This document shows, piece after piece, positions 1 through 13,516 of a stretch of DNA of 64,000 nt. The stretch is taken from NCBI RefSeq assembly GCF_964355755.1, contig NC_092670.1, positions 8,980,201 to 9,044,200 on the forward strand, read 5' to 3'. Under the pieces are notes generated by a model. It had not been told where the DNA came from, did no database searches, and saw only the letters and a program-made list of their open reading frames with translations. This DNA is from Antedon mediterranea. Its lineage: Eukaryota; Animalia; Echinodermata. Numbering within the stretch: the first letter of the stretch is position 1; every line of letters starts with the position of its first letter. The position numbers and the translations under genes were made by a program.

Positions 1-1671
1 GATAGGTCAGAGAACATTTAGAATTGGTTTGGTCCATTATGAATTACCGGGACACTTTCTCTTCTTTTTTAAATTATATTTCCATTTTGTGTACATAATT
101 AACCTGTTATTTTTTTTTTTTATATTAAAATTCATTTAAATGAATAATTGTTGTATGTATTGTTTGTTTGTCTAGAGTTCTAGAGTTGAGGATACGCCCT
201 TTGGTGATATCTGTCATCGCTCTCCTTGGTGCTCTCTTTTTTCTCACCACTGAAAGGAATCAATACATAATTAAATGTCATCACAAATAATGAATTACAT
301 TTTGAAATACTACCTCCTACCCATTTTGTTTCAAAGAAACACGAAAAAAGCAAAATATCTATAGAAATTCAATAATTATGCTATACTACATAGCAAGCCT
401 CCACGAGGGGATGGGGGTTGAAAATACTTCGTGTCCGATCACTCGATGAAAAATTGCCTTGATTATTTCTTATTAATTGTATATGGCAATTGAAATAAAA
501 TCTTAAAGCATACTACAAAAATACACCGTAATTTATCAAAGTAGAAACGTAAAAGAAAACACGAGTTTGTAAAAAAAAATAAAACTTTACACAGCAGGTT
601 TCTACAATACAGCAAATATCTTTGAATACAGTTAAAAATCCATGGAATAAAAATTAATATATAGAGGGCAGCAATCAGGAAATTGTTTTCCTAAAGCTGC
701 AGTTTTCAATATTTATTATAAATTTGACCGCAATTACCCACAGTACAATGGTATAGCCCGTGCTATTCTTTAACAGGCAATACCTCAAGACAAATACAAT
801 ATATGTATGACTAACTCTCAGCGACGTGCTGCAGCAAACCGCAATTGGTTAAAACTGTTAAAGAGAGCCAGGCTAGGCTTGACTTACTCTCAGACTCTGG
901 CCTGACATAGCCTACTGTACACAATACAGGCCTGCCTAAAAAGCCTCTAGCTAGACCAGGACTCAGCAGTCAGGAGGTAGGCCTAGGCTAGGCCGTACAG
1001 TACAAAATACAAATGCTTGGCTAGTAGTAGGCCTAGCTAGGTCTTGTTGTTGATGAAAGTGAAAGGGAGCCGTAGTAGTAGTAGTAGACCTATAGGATCC
1101 CGACCTATATAGGCCACCATGTTAAATACGGTATACTTTCACTGTTCAGGAATTTAACATTATTCAATAAAGTAATTAAAATGTACTTTTCTATTTAATT
1201 AACCTATAGTATATTAAATATTATTATTCCACCATAAATTGTATACAAGTAGGCCTAGGCCTGCCTAGTATCTTTTCAGGAATTGACATTATTTATAGTT
1301 ATTAATTATTAAATAACAATAATTATGCCTATTAACTACTATATAGGGCCTACAGTAGCTAGGCCTACATACAACTTTTTTTTAAATGTAATTGGGACCG
1401 GCGGCCCCTCCCGCCCTGGGTTGGTTAGTGCCTACTAGCCGAGCTAGGATTCACTAGTCCAGACTATGCCCACCCAGTAGTAGTAGTAGAGTATGTTAAA
1501 GTGTTGCAAACTTTAAATGAAAAGGAGAAAGAAAGCCAGTCCTTGCATTGTTTATTTTGGCATTGAAACATCTTGAGAATAAGGTTCTCTTTTTTTAGAC
1601 TTCTTCTTGTATCAAATAAAAGTGTGCTTGTTATGTTGTAAAAAATTATTAGGTTTTTTCTTAATTTACAG

Positions 1672-2258
1672 AGGAAATTTTAACAACATCAAAGTGGATG
1701 CTGGCTGTTGATGGCCATGTTGTATTAATAATAACATTGTTACGTGTGTGTGTCTGGATTAGAAATGCTGTTCGCTGCATACTACTGTTTTGGAATCCAG
1801 TATAATGCTGAGATGTTGCAGCTACGATGGATTTTTTCAAAGGTATGTTTTGCATACTTATTGTATAGTTTCACTGGCTTTTATGCTGCTACTGGCTTGA
1901 ATTTGAACATCTACAGTAGTGTTTTTAATTATTTTTAGACCAAATGTAATATAACACTTGGTGATATTAATGTGTCTTTCATTTGAAAGTGACTATAAAA
2001 GCAAGCTTTTTAACAGTTCACAACTATAAATATTAGAATGCTTTATTTTTTTTCCTAATAAAATGCAATTTGCTTATTCTTTTCCAGTATCAAATTTATG
2101 ATAAACTACATTATTTTGTTTCTTTCAGAAGCTTTATGCTAATGAATCCTGACAAAGGGTCAAAATCAGCAGTCAGAAAAAATAAGAAGAATTATTCAAT
2201 ACATCCTAAGGTTCTCACCATAATCAACAAAATGAGTGACCTGGAATGGACTACATAA
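1672..2258 (+). pseudogene. Frameshifted two-exon C-terminal remnant of a CACTA/EnSpm accessory ORF (exons ~1672-1842 and 2129-2258)
   Basis: AG/GT-bounded exons reading KWMLAVDGHVV..GLEMLFAAYYCFGIQYN..DVAATMDFF|RSFMLMNPDKGSKS..IHPKVLTIINKMSDLEW*, a motif series typical of animal EnSpm accessory proteins; several frameshifts; upstream of a CACTG-type end at 3844. Confidence 0.6.
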
Positions 2259-3466
2259 AAAGTAGGTGGTTTAAATATTTATTTTGAATTTAATCATGAT
2301 TTATTTTGAGATTTAAAATGACTTAATTTGGGTAAAAATTACAACAATCTGGCTCAGCCCATTTACACTTTCTTTTAATTAATTAAAATTGATTGTTTGT
2401 AGAACCCCTAGCAAAGGTACATTTATCAGTGTTTTCATACATAGAAACCGTATTTATTCAAAGAAATGTTCAGAAGGGAAGGAGGGACATTTATTTTTAG
2501 GGTGTAAAATGGTAACATATATTTAGTCAAAATCTAACACCCCTTCAATTTAAAACCTACAATACAAGTAATATTAGGATATGATAAAATACAGTACATA
2601 CTGTATTTTTTAAATTTTTAAATTGTAGATCATTTGCAGTTAATATAACTACCAAGAAATGTGTAATAACCCTGGCTATAAAAGTATTGTGTGTATTATA
2701 TAGCTTTAAAGCAACTCATGTTATTTTTACAACACTGCAAGCCGGCCATGGGTGTGAGTTACCTGTGCTTTATTGTAGTAAGTACTTTTGATTTGCTCGA
2801 ACAACAATACGCTTATGATTATAATTATACAGTTTAAATAATTATAATTAACCTTGAATTGAAGCTAAAATTTCATTACAGTTGTATCGCCTGATTCATC
2901 TGTAATATATGTTGTGGAATAATTAATATTTAATTTTATTTATAATATATTTTTATAATTTTGACAGGCATGTTCATCAAGCAACATGACAATGAGCATT
3001 GACTTGCCAGGATAGGCTCCTGGACTTTGATCTTTGACGATGCAGGCCACTGTTGTTTTTTTTTAAATCAATAATAATCTTTTTGCAATTCATAATCAAA
3101 TTTAAGTACATTTCATTACATTTATACATTAATTTAAAGAAAACTAGAATTTGTTTAGTTTTTATACAACAGACAGACAAAAAGTACAAATCTATTACGT
3201 GTAACAATAAAATTTGGTTTGTAATATGTGATTTAGGACTTTATCCTGTAATCTGGTAATAGAATCGTAGAATGTGTAATAAATAGTGTACCTTGTTAAC
3301 CATAACAATGCTTTGCTTTATTCATTTCAGTCTTACATAGTAATGTGAAAATACAAAGTGTTGTACATTTCGGAATAAAAATCTAAATATTGCTATCGTA
3401 GATGAAAAACTTGTTTCCTGATGCACTGTATGTGACTCATCTGTATACAAAGAAAAGAAAACATTG

Positions 3467-3844
3467 AAAAATTTACGGTAAAAGGCTGGCAGCAGTTTTG
3501 CCAAGGAAAAACCGTAAAATACATGGTTATTTTTGGAAAACCGTAAATTCTTTAACAGTTCACTGTAATTTAATTTACGGGAAACTGTTTTAATACAGTC
3601 TACTGTAAATTATTTTAAATTTCAATGTAATTTTGTTTACAAAATCCTGTAAATTGAAAATTTTTTTTTACAGTATATTGTAAAACAAAATACAATTAAC
3701 CGTAAAATAAATTACAAACAAATGTTAGTTTTGCGGTTTTTGACCGTTACACAATTTACAGTTTAACCGTCAATTTTACGGGTTTTCCTTGGCAAAACTG
3801 CTGCCAGCTTTTTACCGTAAATTTAACAATTTTTTTTTACAGTG
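3467..3844. mobile_element. Right end of a CACTA/EnSpm-type DNA transposon
   Basis: Ends TTTTTTTTTACAGTG (reverse complement CACTGTAAAAAAAAA); ~55-bp subterminal inverted repeat 3467-3520 vs 3775-3825; left end not identified. Confidence 0.65.
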
Positions 3845-4445
3845 TAAGCGTCCAAATCTTCAAGCGGTAAACAACTGCGTACGAAGTCTGCAGTGAAATT
3901 ACTGTAGCGTGAAAGCTGCGAACACTGCAGTTTGTGCACTGAATTAAACTGTATAGTGTACCTCTTATTAAGCTAGGGATTATCATACAGTTTACTAAAT
4001 ATTTAGGGCTAATCATTGGTTGCGGTGTTAAAATTCCTGGAAACATTTGTGTGAACAAAACTAGATCGAATTGCTGTCATGAGTACTGATTTGTTGGGCC
4101 GTGATTTCAGACGCCTAAGTTATCTATCTAGACTTATTTTTTCGAATAAATGTACGTACCTATCAGATACACTTGTCTTGTGTCGTATAACAAATAAATA
4201 CTGTAATAGTTACTGAAGTTACTATTACAACCTCGTCAATAAAAAAACAAATATGTACTGTATATGTTTATTCACCTATTTTTGAAAACGCATACTATAA
4301 AGTTTCCTTTGTCTATAAAATGACGTAATCATCATAATGCACATTGTTTACAGGAGTAATTAAAAACCAAATTGTAGTTGGAGAAAAGAAACTACGAAGC
4401 ATGTTTATGTTATGTTGTGTGCCGTTATGTTTTCACCATTGACAG

Positions 4446-4590
4446 CCATTGGAGTAGAGCTGTATCATAGAGGTTGGTGTTTGCCTTCCAATCTTAAGGT
4501 CCGGGGTTCAATCCTGATTTAGTGCCGCCATATATGGTTATAACTCACACTCTTTCACTCCCTAAGCCTCAAATGAGACATAGTTTAACT
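4446..4590 (+). mobile_element. tRNA-derived SINE copy
   Basis: B-box GGTTCAATCC at ~4505; homologous to the reverse complement of 50575-50716, including the shared 3' part ACTCCCTAAG-CTCAAAT-AGAC-TAGTTT. Confidence 0.65.
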
Positions 4591-4676
4591 GAATGATGCT
4601 TATTATATACTCTACGATAATTGATTTTTTTTTTTTTTCTATTCTTGTTTACGTAACCATGTATATATACCATATA

Positions 4677-5172
4677 TATACCAATATCACCAACGACAGC
4701 AACCAATGTTATATGATTTAGCACATTGTAAGGAATACGAAATGACCTATTACACTATCCTTGGCCCAGGCAGAACCCTCTAAAGTTTAACTAGAGACTC
4801 CCCTTACCATAAGTATACCATATGTAACCTTAGATATTGTAGATACCATCAGCAACCAACCTGTAATGAATATGAAATGGCCTATATAGACAACCACTGC
4901 CTTGGTTGCTGGTGGTATCTACAATATCTAATCTATGCCAGTTGGGGGAAGGGGGTCTCCAGTCAAACTTTAGGGTGTCTGGCACTTGCGGTGCAGCAGA
5001 CAATTAGTCTGTCGTTACCCATTTAGTATTGTATGAACACAACTTGTTCATTTGGCATTAATTTTGAGTGGTACCTTACTATTCTATGCTAACCCCATTT
5101 TTAGGCCCTCCCTCGGCGGGTCTGACGGGCATTGCAGCAGACAAAATGTCTGTCGCTGGTGGTATTGGTATA
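4677..5172. mobile_element. Degenerate palindromic MITE
   Basis: Nested inverted matches: TATACCAATATCACCAACGACAG / CTGTCGCTGGTGGTATTGGTATA and TTAGATATTGTAGATACCA / TGGTATCTACAATATCTAA. Confidence 0.6.
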
Positions 5173-5599
5173 AGGATGTCAATGGGCATCCCATGATAGT
5201 GAAATTAGGTGGTATCTCTGTCATCTAAAAAAATGTTAATTCCACAAGCACATAAACAAAATAAAAGTAATAGAAAACGTAAAAGACAGTTGATAATGAT
5301 GACACACAAATCGAAAATACGATGTGGATGTATATAAATGCTTATAAATACTATCTAATTCAATTTGAGCGTATTTATTTGGGCCACTTCCTTGAAAGCT
5401 GGTAAAGAGATGGAAACTTACGAATGGCCATTTGGTGGTCCCTGGACCTTAATTGACATACTTTATTTTAATGTACTCCCAATGCTAAACAAATTAATCT
5501 CGGTGACTGAGGGTCGAGAAACGGTAGGGATTAATATTAATTTTATTTTATAATTTATCTCATCTTCATAACTTTCTTTCTCTTTAGGAAACTTATGCT

Positions 5600-5720
5600 T
5601 AACAGAGTCTTATTACAAGTCTTTGGGAGTGGAGTTGTAATTTGTCATTAGAAAAAATCCTGACATATGACAGGACTTGAACCCAGGACCCTTGAATTGG
5701 TAGCCACAACTCCACTCCAT
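5600..5720 (-). mobile_element. Degenerate tRNA-derived SINE related to the 4446 and 50575 copies
   Basis: Plus strand GGACTTGAACCC (B box on minus) and AGTCTTATT..GGGAGTGGAGTTG shared with the 50575 copy. Confidence 0.45.
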
Positions 5721-6182
5721 CAATTCTATAATATATAATATTCTATAATAATTCCTGGATGTCGAAAAGGTTTAGTTAGTCTCTGTCCGAAATTAAGTGC
5801 AGAAAATACGGTAAACTATAACTGTACACACAGCATATATACAATTCAACACACATGCTTAATAAGAGACACCGTAGATGCATACATACAGTATATTCAC
5901 CGAGGTCTGAAAGAAGAAGACTGAAGTAACAGAAGGAAGCCCAGTAAAGTTGGAGAAGATTTGCAAAGCTGACTTTGTAAACTATTTTTTATTTCGAAAG
6001 TAAATTTTTGTACGGAGCGAACTTGGAACGTTGTTTGTGACTTTGAAGTAAATTAATGTCTTATATTGTATTGCATTTAAGAATTTATGTGGATTTCATA
6101 TTAATCAAGGTAATACAAATACTTTTATAACATATTTTGTATACATAAGTTTACATATTTCATTAGTAAAATTGTTATTAGC

Positions 6183-7334
6183 ATGACAACTTTAAGATCG
6201 GGTAAAAATATAGATAAGACTATGTCAGAAAAAGATACTAGGGAAGAGATGGTTGACCAAGAAGAGGTTGACCAAGTCAATGAAATGTATGATAACATGG
6301 CTAGGGATATTGATTTGCCCGAAATGTGACCCGGCGGTAGGCCTAAAGATATGATGCTCGAATATTTTCGAATGAAGTTCGAGGCCGAGGCCGAAAACAA
6401 AAAGTTAGAATTACAATACCAACAAGACCAATTAAGATTAGAAGCAGATATAGAGCAAAAGAAAATAGATATAGAGCAAAGAAAAATTGAATCACAAGAA
6501 AGAGTGAACATGATGGAATTAGAAAATAGGTCTAGCTACAGTAATGCTAGGAATATAGTAGATGAAATGAAGGTAAAGGTTCCTACTTTGAAGGAATCAG
6601 ATGATATTGATATATATTTTAGAACATTTGAACACTTGGCAGAAGCCACAGGTTGGGATAAGGATACGTGGTCCGCTAGGTTAGCACCTGAACTGTCTGG
6701 TAAAGCTAGGACAGCATATGCATCCTTAACCGTAAAAGAATGTGTAGATTATGATACCTTAAAGAAGGCAATCTTAGAAAAGTATGATGTGTCCGCAGAG
6801 ACCTACAGACTTAAATTTAGAAATTCAAACAGAGTTAAAGATATGTCCATCAGGGAATGGCTGAATGAGCTCTCTCATTATTTAAAATGTTGGATGAAAT
6901 GTGCTAATGTAAAAGAAGATGATGCTGCAGGCATTATTGAAATGATTATAATGGAACAGGCACTTGATAAAATGCCTGAAGATCTGAGGCTTTATCTTAG
7001 AGATAAACAAGTAAATAAGAGCTATGATATGGCTAGGATAGCCGATGATTATATAGCTAATAGAGGTGGCCGTGGCTATTGGAATGCCGTAAATTCTGAA
7101 AATAAGCCTACATATTATAAGGGCCAAGAAAACAGTAAACCCAAGAATAGTACGACTCAGAATAACCCTGGAGCTAGGCAGCAAGGATACAATAGGTATC
7201 GCGGAAGGGGAGGCAAATTCCATAACTATGGTAGAAATTTCCAACAGAGAGAACCTTCAAATGAATGGATTAATGGCCTATGCTTCAATTGTAAGGAGAA
7301 GGGACATAAAATAAAAATCTGGAGCCCAGACTAA
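6183..7334 (+). pseudogene. Ty3/Gypsy (Gmr1-like) gag, truncated; in-frame TGA at 6327-6329
   Basis: ATG 6183 (MTTLRSGK) is in frame with ORF 6351-7334; capsid motifs VPTLKESDDIDIYFRTFEHLA..W..RLAPELSGKARTAY..DYDTLKKAILEKY..ETYRLKFR; zinc knuckle CFNCKEKGH broken before the last Cys; no pol follows. Confidence 0.85.
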
Positions 7335-7345
7335 GAACTAGGCCT

Positions 7346-7473
7346 AAACTTGACTTGAACAATCTTGAGACAGGATAATATCCACTAATAACGCGATGGT
7401 AGCAGCAACTGTAAACTTACATAGAACTAAACTTGACTTGAACAATCTTGAGACAGGATAATATCCGCTAATA
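7346..7473. repeat. Direct repeat of an interspersed sequence also found at ~22407-22477
   Basis: TAAACTTGACTTGAACAATCTTGAGACAGGATAATATCC occurs twice; ACGCGATGGTAGCAGCAA-CTGTAAACTTACAT shared with 22407. Confidence 0.6.
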
Positions 7474-7637
7474 ACCTCTGACTTGAAGGTCGTGTTTATA
7501 CAACACCCTAAATTTGAACATGGCTTTAATTTTTAGCGTGTTGTTGGGACCGAGATCAACCCACCGTTAACGTTTGCTGTTGTTTACTGTACTATACACT
7601 AGAAATCACGATACCGTGTTGTACCGGAAGTTTCATC

Positions 7638-10006
7638 GGGTGCTGGTCAACCCGTACCCAAACCAACCCGTACCCATGCCAACTCGTACCCAACTTGGCT
7701 AACCCGTACCCAAATAATTGGTCAACTCGTACCCACTTTGGCTAACCCGTACCCAAACCAACCCGTACCCATGCCAACTCGTACCTAAATATTTGGCTTA
7801 CTCGTACCCAAGTATTTGGCTTACTCGTACCCATTTTTTGGCTTACCCGTACCCATTTTGGCTTACTCGTACCCATTATTTGGCCTACTCGTACCCAATT
7901 TGAATAATTACTTGTAATGATTTGATCGGCGTAAAACTAGTGGTATGCTTTTGCCGTATGAATATTTTTATATTTAAATTGTTTTTTTATTTTACAGGTC
8001 TCGGTGAAATGTGTGCTAATAAAAATGACCATTGATTTGATTGTAGACTTCGTTTAATTAGGCATATATTTGTTAACATTTATTTAAATCTAGTATTATA
8101 GTTTTATAAACGTATGTTTGATGTGTCTTTTTTATTTACGTAAGAGAACATTAATTAATAAAAAAATATTTTAACTGTTGTATAGTTAGTATTACAATTC
8201 AATTAAGCCCAGGTAAAGTACCAACAACGTATAATTTTATACTTATCAATTTTTATTCTTTTAATTTTATTTAATTCTAATTATCTTCCCTGATTACATT
8301 TGATCAAGTAATTATTTCTATTGTATTTGGTATATTTAAAATTGGTTGAATTAACAACACCCTGTTTTAAGCGAAAAGCCTGCCGGGCTATGGGGTCGAA
8401 TTACTCGTAGATTTCGTGTTACGTGTTTTTTCTGACCGGGATTAACCTTTTATTATAAAAAACACGCATTTGTAGGGCCGGCGTCAAAGAGACGACTTAG
8501 TAATGACGTATGATCATTTTCCATATATCTTATTTATTAATAATTCAGTGAAATGATCATATACACGTACTGTCGTACTGTAGCCTAAGGCAATTAAACA
8601 TTTTGGCAGATTTTCTTCTATAACAGCTACGTGTTTTTGCTGAATGGGGATTCCTCTTTATTATTAAAAAAAAAAACGCATTTGTACGGGTCCATTTGTA
8701 GTGTGTCCAAAAATAGGCAACGCAATGTGGCGTATGATCGTTTTCTATTTATTTTTTTTTCTTAAATAATTCAGTAAAATTATCTGTTTGTTTACGGTAA
8801 TTAAACATTTTTGGTAGATGTTTCCTCAATAACTTACAGCTACGTGTTTTTGCTGACGAGGGATTCCCTTTTTTTAAAAAAAATACGCATTCTATAATGT
8901 GTCAAATAAGACAAATGAAATGAACTACGATCGTTTTTCCATGGCAACGGATGTCGTCTTATTTACTAAAATAATATAAACGTTCTGAAGGCCTACCTAC
9001 ACGTGTCTGAGTACTTACGTATCTGTCAGCGATAAGATGATTTTTTTAAGTTTTAGTAGTATTTATTTCGGTTTTTAGTCATAATAATACAGTAATAATC
9101 ATTATAAAATGAAAACGTAATAACAGCAAATGTCGTCGTTTGTAATTAAATGTTAAATTATTGGAGGTTAGTACAGTAGTTACCTTTTATTATTACTCTC
9201 ACATCCGTCATTGTATACTAGATAAACGGCAATAATCTAATCTACTACTAAATGCTCATAGCAGCAATGAGGCTGGTATCCACTTAAATAGTTTCGTGAT
9301 TTTAAAATACGAGTGACTATTTAAAAATGTATTAAATATTTTCGAAATGTTAAAACAGTTTAATATTTTCCAAAACTTGCAAAACTAAACAACAAAAACC
9401 ATTCGTTTTAAAACGATTTTCAAAAAGCACATTACTTCATTATCTGTAAAATAAAATGAAAATACAAATTATGTATAAAAGATATTCATGTTTACTTTTA
9501 ATAATTCAAGTTTTCATCATCACAGACTAGTGGGTATTTCAATTTCCATGTACTACTATTCGTAGAAAATAATAGATTAATAACTCATAAATGAAAAAAA
9601 AATAGAATGCAGCATGCACAGCAGCCGACCACTGACATCTTCCACAGAGCCATATAAAACAGCGCCCTCAAGTATTAACTTGACCAAATACGACGTACGC
9701 AAATACGATGAAAGCTGTGCTTTTTTCGTACGAGTCTGTACATATTATTATACATTTTAGGTCAATAGTTTTTGCCATTATAAGATCGAACATATGATTG
9801 GTATCTAAAAATTTAATAAAACTGGGTTTAAATGTAATATAAATATACTTTAAATAGCATTAAACTTGGGTACGGGCCAGCCAATGATGGGTACGGGTCA
9901 GCCAATGATGGGTACGGGTCAGCCAAAATTTTGGGTACGAGTAAGCCAAAATTTGGGTACGAGTTGGTGGGTACGAGTTGGCATGGGTACGGGTTGACCT
10001 GTATTC
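7638..10006. mobile_element. Non-autonomous foldback-type DNA transposon with modular (C/T)CGTACCCA subterminal repeats
   Basis: Left arm arrays of ACYCGTACCCA (7645-7897), right arm TGGGTACGRGT (9867-9999); 8-bp direct repeat GTTTCATC at 7630-7637 and 10007-10014. Confidence 0.85.
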
Positions 10007-10385
10007 GTTTCATCAACACACAGTGCATGCTAGGATAAAAGGTCAAATCGTTGATCGCTTGAATTGGCGGAGTTGTCAACAATCATCGTCGCCTCCTCGC
10101 TGTCCGATGTATTCGCGCGGTTTTTACCATTTTCATTATTGTATTCGTTCACGTTTGCATTGTGTTAATTTTGTTCTCGGTTCATTTAATAAAAGTTATT
10201 TTAAGGGTTTCATTGTTTCATCTATACACTATGGAAGAAGATGCCATTTTTGCGATGTTATTTTTTCTTCTGTTTGGAGTTGGAAATGATAGAGGCCTAC
10301 TACCACTACGAACGAGTTGGCCCCGTCACGCCAAATGAGGTACCACTGCCAAATGAGGTACCGCACTTAATTTGGCGTCTAAGGC

Positions 10386-11109
10386 GGGTATTGCTAAACC
10401 CCGCAACCCCCGCAAACCTCCAAAAAAACATAGCAAACCCCATCGAACCAACATAAAAGTGATTGAATCATGTAGTGTACAACCCACTGGGTATATCCAT
10501 GTAAAAAAAATATTACATTTTTACTGTTAACTAATTATTTTTGGGGTGAAACATCATTTTTTTGGTCAAAATTGATTGTTAAACCCTGCAAACCTCCAAA
10601 AAAATATAGCAAACCCCACTGAACCAACATAAAAGTGATTGAATCATGTAGTGTACAACTCACTAGGTATATCCATGTAAAAAAAATATTAAATTTCTAC
10701 TGTTAACTACTTATTTACATAATTTTTTGGTCAAAAATGATTGCTAATTTTTAACCAAAAAATGATGTTTTATCCCCCAAAAATTAGTTAACAATAGAAA
10801 TTTAATAATTTATATACCCAGTGGGTCGTACACTACATTATTTAATCACTTTTATGTTGGTTCGGTGGGGTTTGCTATAGTTTTTTGGAGGTTTGCGGGG
10901 TTTAGCAATCATTTTTGACCAAAAAAATGATGTTTTACCCCCAAAATAAGTTGTTAACAGTAGAAATTAAATTTTTTTTTTAACATTAATATACACAGTG
11001 GGTTGTACACTACATGATTCAATCACTTTTATGTTGGTTCGGTGAAGTTTGCTATGTTTTTTTGGAGGTTTGCGGGGGTTTGCGGGGTTTGCGGTGTTTA
11101 GCAATACCC
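10386..11109. mobile_element. Palindromic MITE with 8-bp TSD
   Basis: Ends GGGTATTGCTAAAC / GTTTAGCAATACCC; each arm has two ~180-bp units; TSD TCTAAGGC at 10378-10385 and 11110-11117. Confidence 0.9.
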
Positions 11110-11404
11110 TCTAAGGCGCCAAATTAGGTACTATTGCAAAATGAAGTTCTATTGTAATTTTGTAAAATGCAGTTTATATAAAACAAACATATTTGAGCCA
11201 GTATTAAACTACAATATGTATTCTGTGTTGTTACGCCTGTTATTAGATCAAGCTATTACATTAAATTAAATATAAAGCAGAAAATAGTTATCCTTTTTTG
11301 ATTTTCGTCGAATAGATCGAAGCGGAAGTGCTTCGGTCATGGTCCGCAAATTATATGATACGCCTTGAAGTGTGCCAAAATGTTTTTACTACTTTTAGTT
11401 GAAT

Positions 11405-11434
11405 CAGGGAAGAGTTAAATTTAACTCTTCCCTG
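11405..11434. mobile_element. 30-bp palindrome, putative P-type transposon excision footprint
   Basis: CAGGGAAGAGTTAAA-TTTAACTCTTCCCTG flanked by GTTGAAT on both sides. Confidence 0.7.
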
Positions 11435-12797
11435 GTTGAATCACCGCGTGTACAGTTAAAACCAATAGATTGTGCTGCAGTGCAGATTGTCTGTACAGTA
11501 ATGTGGGCTGTCTGCTTGGGGGTCTGTCTATCAAGGTACAACATTTCGACGAAGCCAATTTAATATTTTCATTTTGTTTTAATATCTGTAGAATGCGTCG
11601 TCATTTATTCTGAAGCTAATACTGTAGGCCTATATACCGTAATCAGGCGGTATTATTAAGGCTAGCTCACGTACAGCAGAATTCACGTAGAATTATGTGG
11701 TGTTGTTGCTTGATTGTAAATTGCCCAGATTCTTCATTAGAAAAAAAACTGATCAATTTGAACTGATATTAAGGAGTCTTTAGAACATGACAGATATTAA
11801 GATGTCCTCTATAAACGGAGTCCTCACAAACTCATATAAGAGGTCCTCTTGTAAAATCAGGTTCCCGTCGAATTTATTTTAGATAAGTAACTAAATTATC
11901 ATGGATTTCGTACCCACCATTCCATCGATAGCTTTTTTTTTTTTTTTTGTGGTGCAAACACCACTTTTATCCACATTCATTATATTATCTCATGTCATTA
12001 AATAAAATCATATTATTTAACACATTTGTTAATTCCCAATGTCGTTACAATTCATCAGTAACATTTTTACATTTATGAATTCCGTATTGCCTCCTATTTT
12101 CATTAATGTTCTTCGTTTTAAAATATTTTACACATAAAGAATTTGTGAGATTTTCAATTGTTTGTTTTAATTTTACAACCCGGATTATACAATGTATTTA
12201 TATACAAGATAAAACGAATTAAATCAGATCAGCACCACCTGTAACTCGTATCACTGTGAATTCCTTTTCTGATAATCGAGCAAATTAGAATTTATATTAA
12301 CATAATAGTATTTCTTAAAGCTACCCATTTTTCTATACTTGTTTCTTTATTGTTATATCTTTCACATTCAATGTTAAGCATATTGCTTTCCTTTTGAATG
12401 AATTCCATAAAGATTTACCCACTGGCTTATTTACAGATGTATTGTCCCCCTGAACAATTTTTTTTTTTTTTAAAGGCCATTTTAATGATACATAAAAGTT
12501 ATTCACTTTGAAAAAAAATTGGATCAAAAAAAAAATTATTTACCTTAGAAAATCGTAATTTAAAGTAAAAAATAGTCAACCTGCTAGTCCTAGAGTAGTA
12601 GCTAGTCTAGTAGTGGTAGTAGTACTAGGCCTAGTTGTAGGCCTGAGTGAGGGTTCACCCTGAGTGAGTAGCAGGCCTAACTAATACTAATAGATACAAC
12701 TTGTAAGCCTTATTAATAGTTATTGCCAACCTAGCTTTAAATAGGATTAGGCCTATAACATTCATCTGTGAGCATGGAGTAAGGAATAAGGTTTTAG

Positions 12798-12834
12798 CAT
12801 GAGGTATAAAAATAAAATATTTTATACCTCCATG
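12798..12834. mobile_element. 37-bp palindrome, putative P-type footprint, absent from Kolobok copy 2
   Basis: CATG-AGGTATAAAA..TTTTATACCTCCATG with flanks GTTTTAG/GTTTTAT; empty site at ~31025. Confidence 0.6.
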
Positions 12835-13516
12835 GTTTTATTGTGACTTGTGTGAATTTCGACACCACCAACTCGTCTTATTTTTAGTATAATACTATAA
12901 TATTAATAATACTCTTTAGTTTATCATTATTCATATCACTTTTCATTCATTTTAAAACATTTAATTTTCTTTTCTATGTAGAGTTTGTGATTAAAAAAAT
13001 TATACATAAGAGCAGCGAAACTCAAAAAGCGAAAACTTGTGAATGGCTGCCAAAAATAGAAAATAAGGTCACCACCAGGGCCAGGAGAGATTATGGTGCT
13101 TGGTTTTTCCTTCATGATTAATTAGATTTTAATGCTAATATAAATTTGTGAAAATTGTAACTAGGCCTATACTGTACATCCAATAATGTAATTATTTTAG
13201 AGAAAATGACCAAATAATCTAAGTTGAATATTTTTTGGAATGTGTACTTTACAGTACTTAGTACCGTTATGTTGAAAATTCTTCCAAAGCAATAACGTTC
13301 AAACCAACGTTCACACAATTAAACTTTTTATGTACATATTTTAATAAATAATGTCTTTCTTTTAATAGGTATTAACACACTTGAATGAACAATATGAGCA
13401 AGTAGTGGAAAATGGTGAAGAAATCAACACAAAATGTGGTAGCAACATTCACAATATTTATTTGAACGTTTCTTACTATGACACTTTAAAATGGATGAAC
13501 AATCACAGAAGACAAG

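Noticed and set aside
4446-4530. Possible tRNA gene
   Set aside because: B box present but no complete cloverleaf; shares a 3' tail with other dispersed copies, so a SINE
5760-6182. 5' LTR and PBS for the Gypsy gag
   Set aside because: No second LTR copy and no tRNA-complementary TGG primer site found
7718-10082. ORFs 7718-7903 and 9828-10082 (YPY/TRT repeats)
   Set aside because: Translations of foldback-element subterminal repeats
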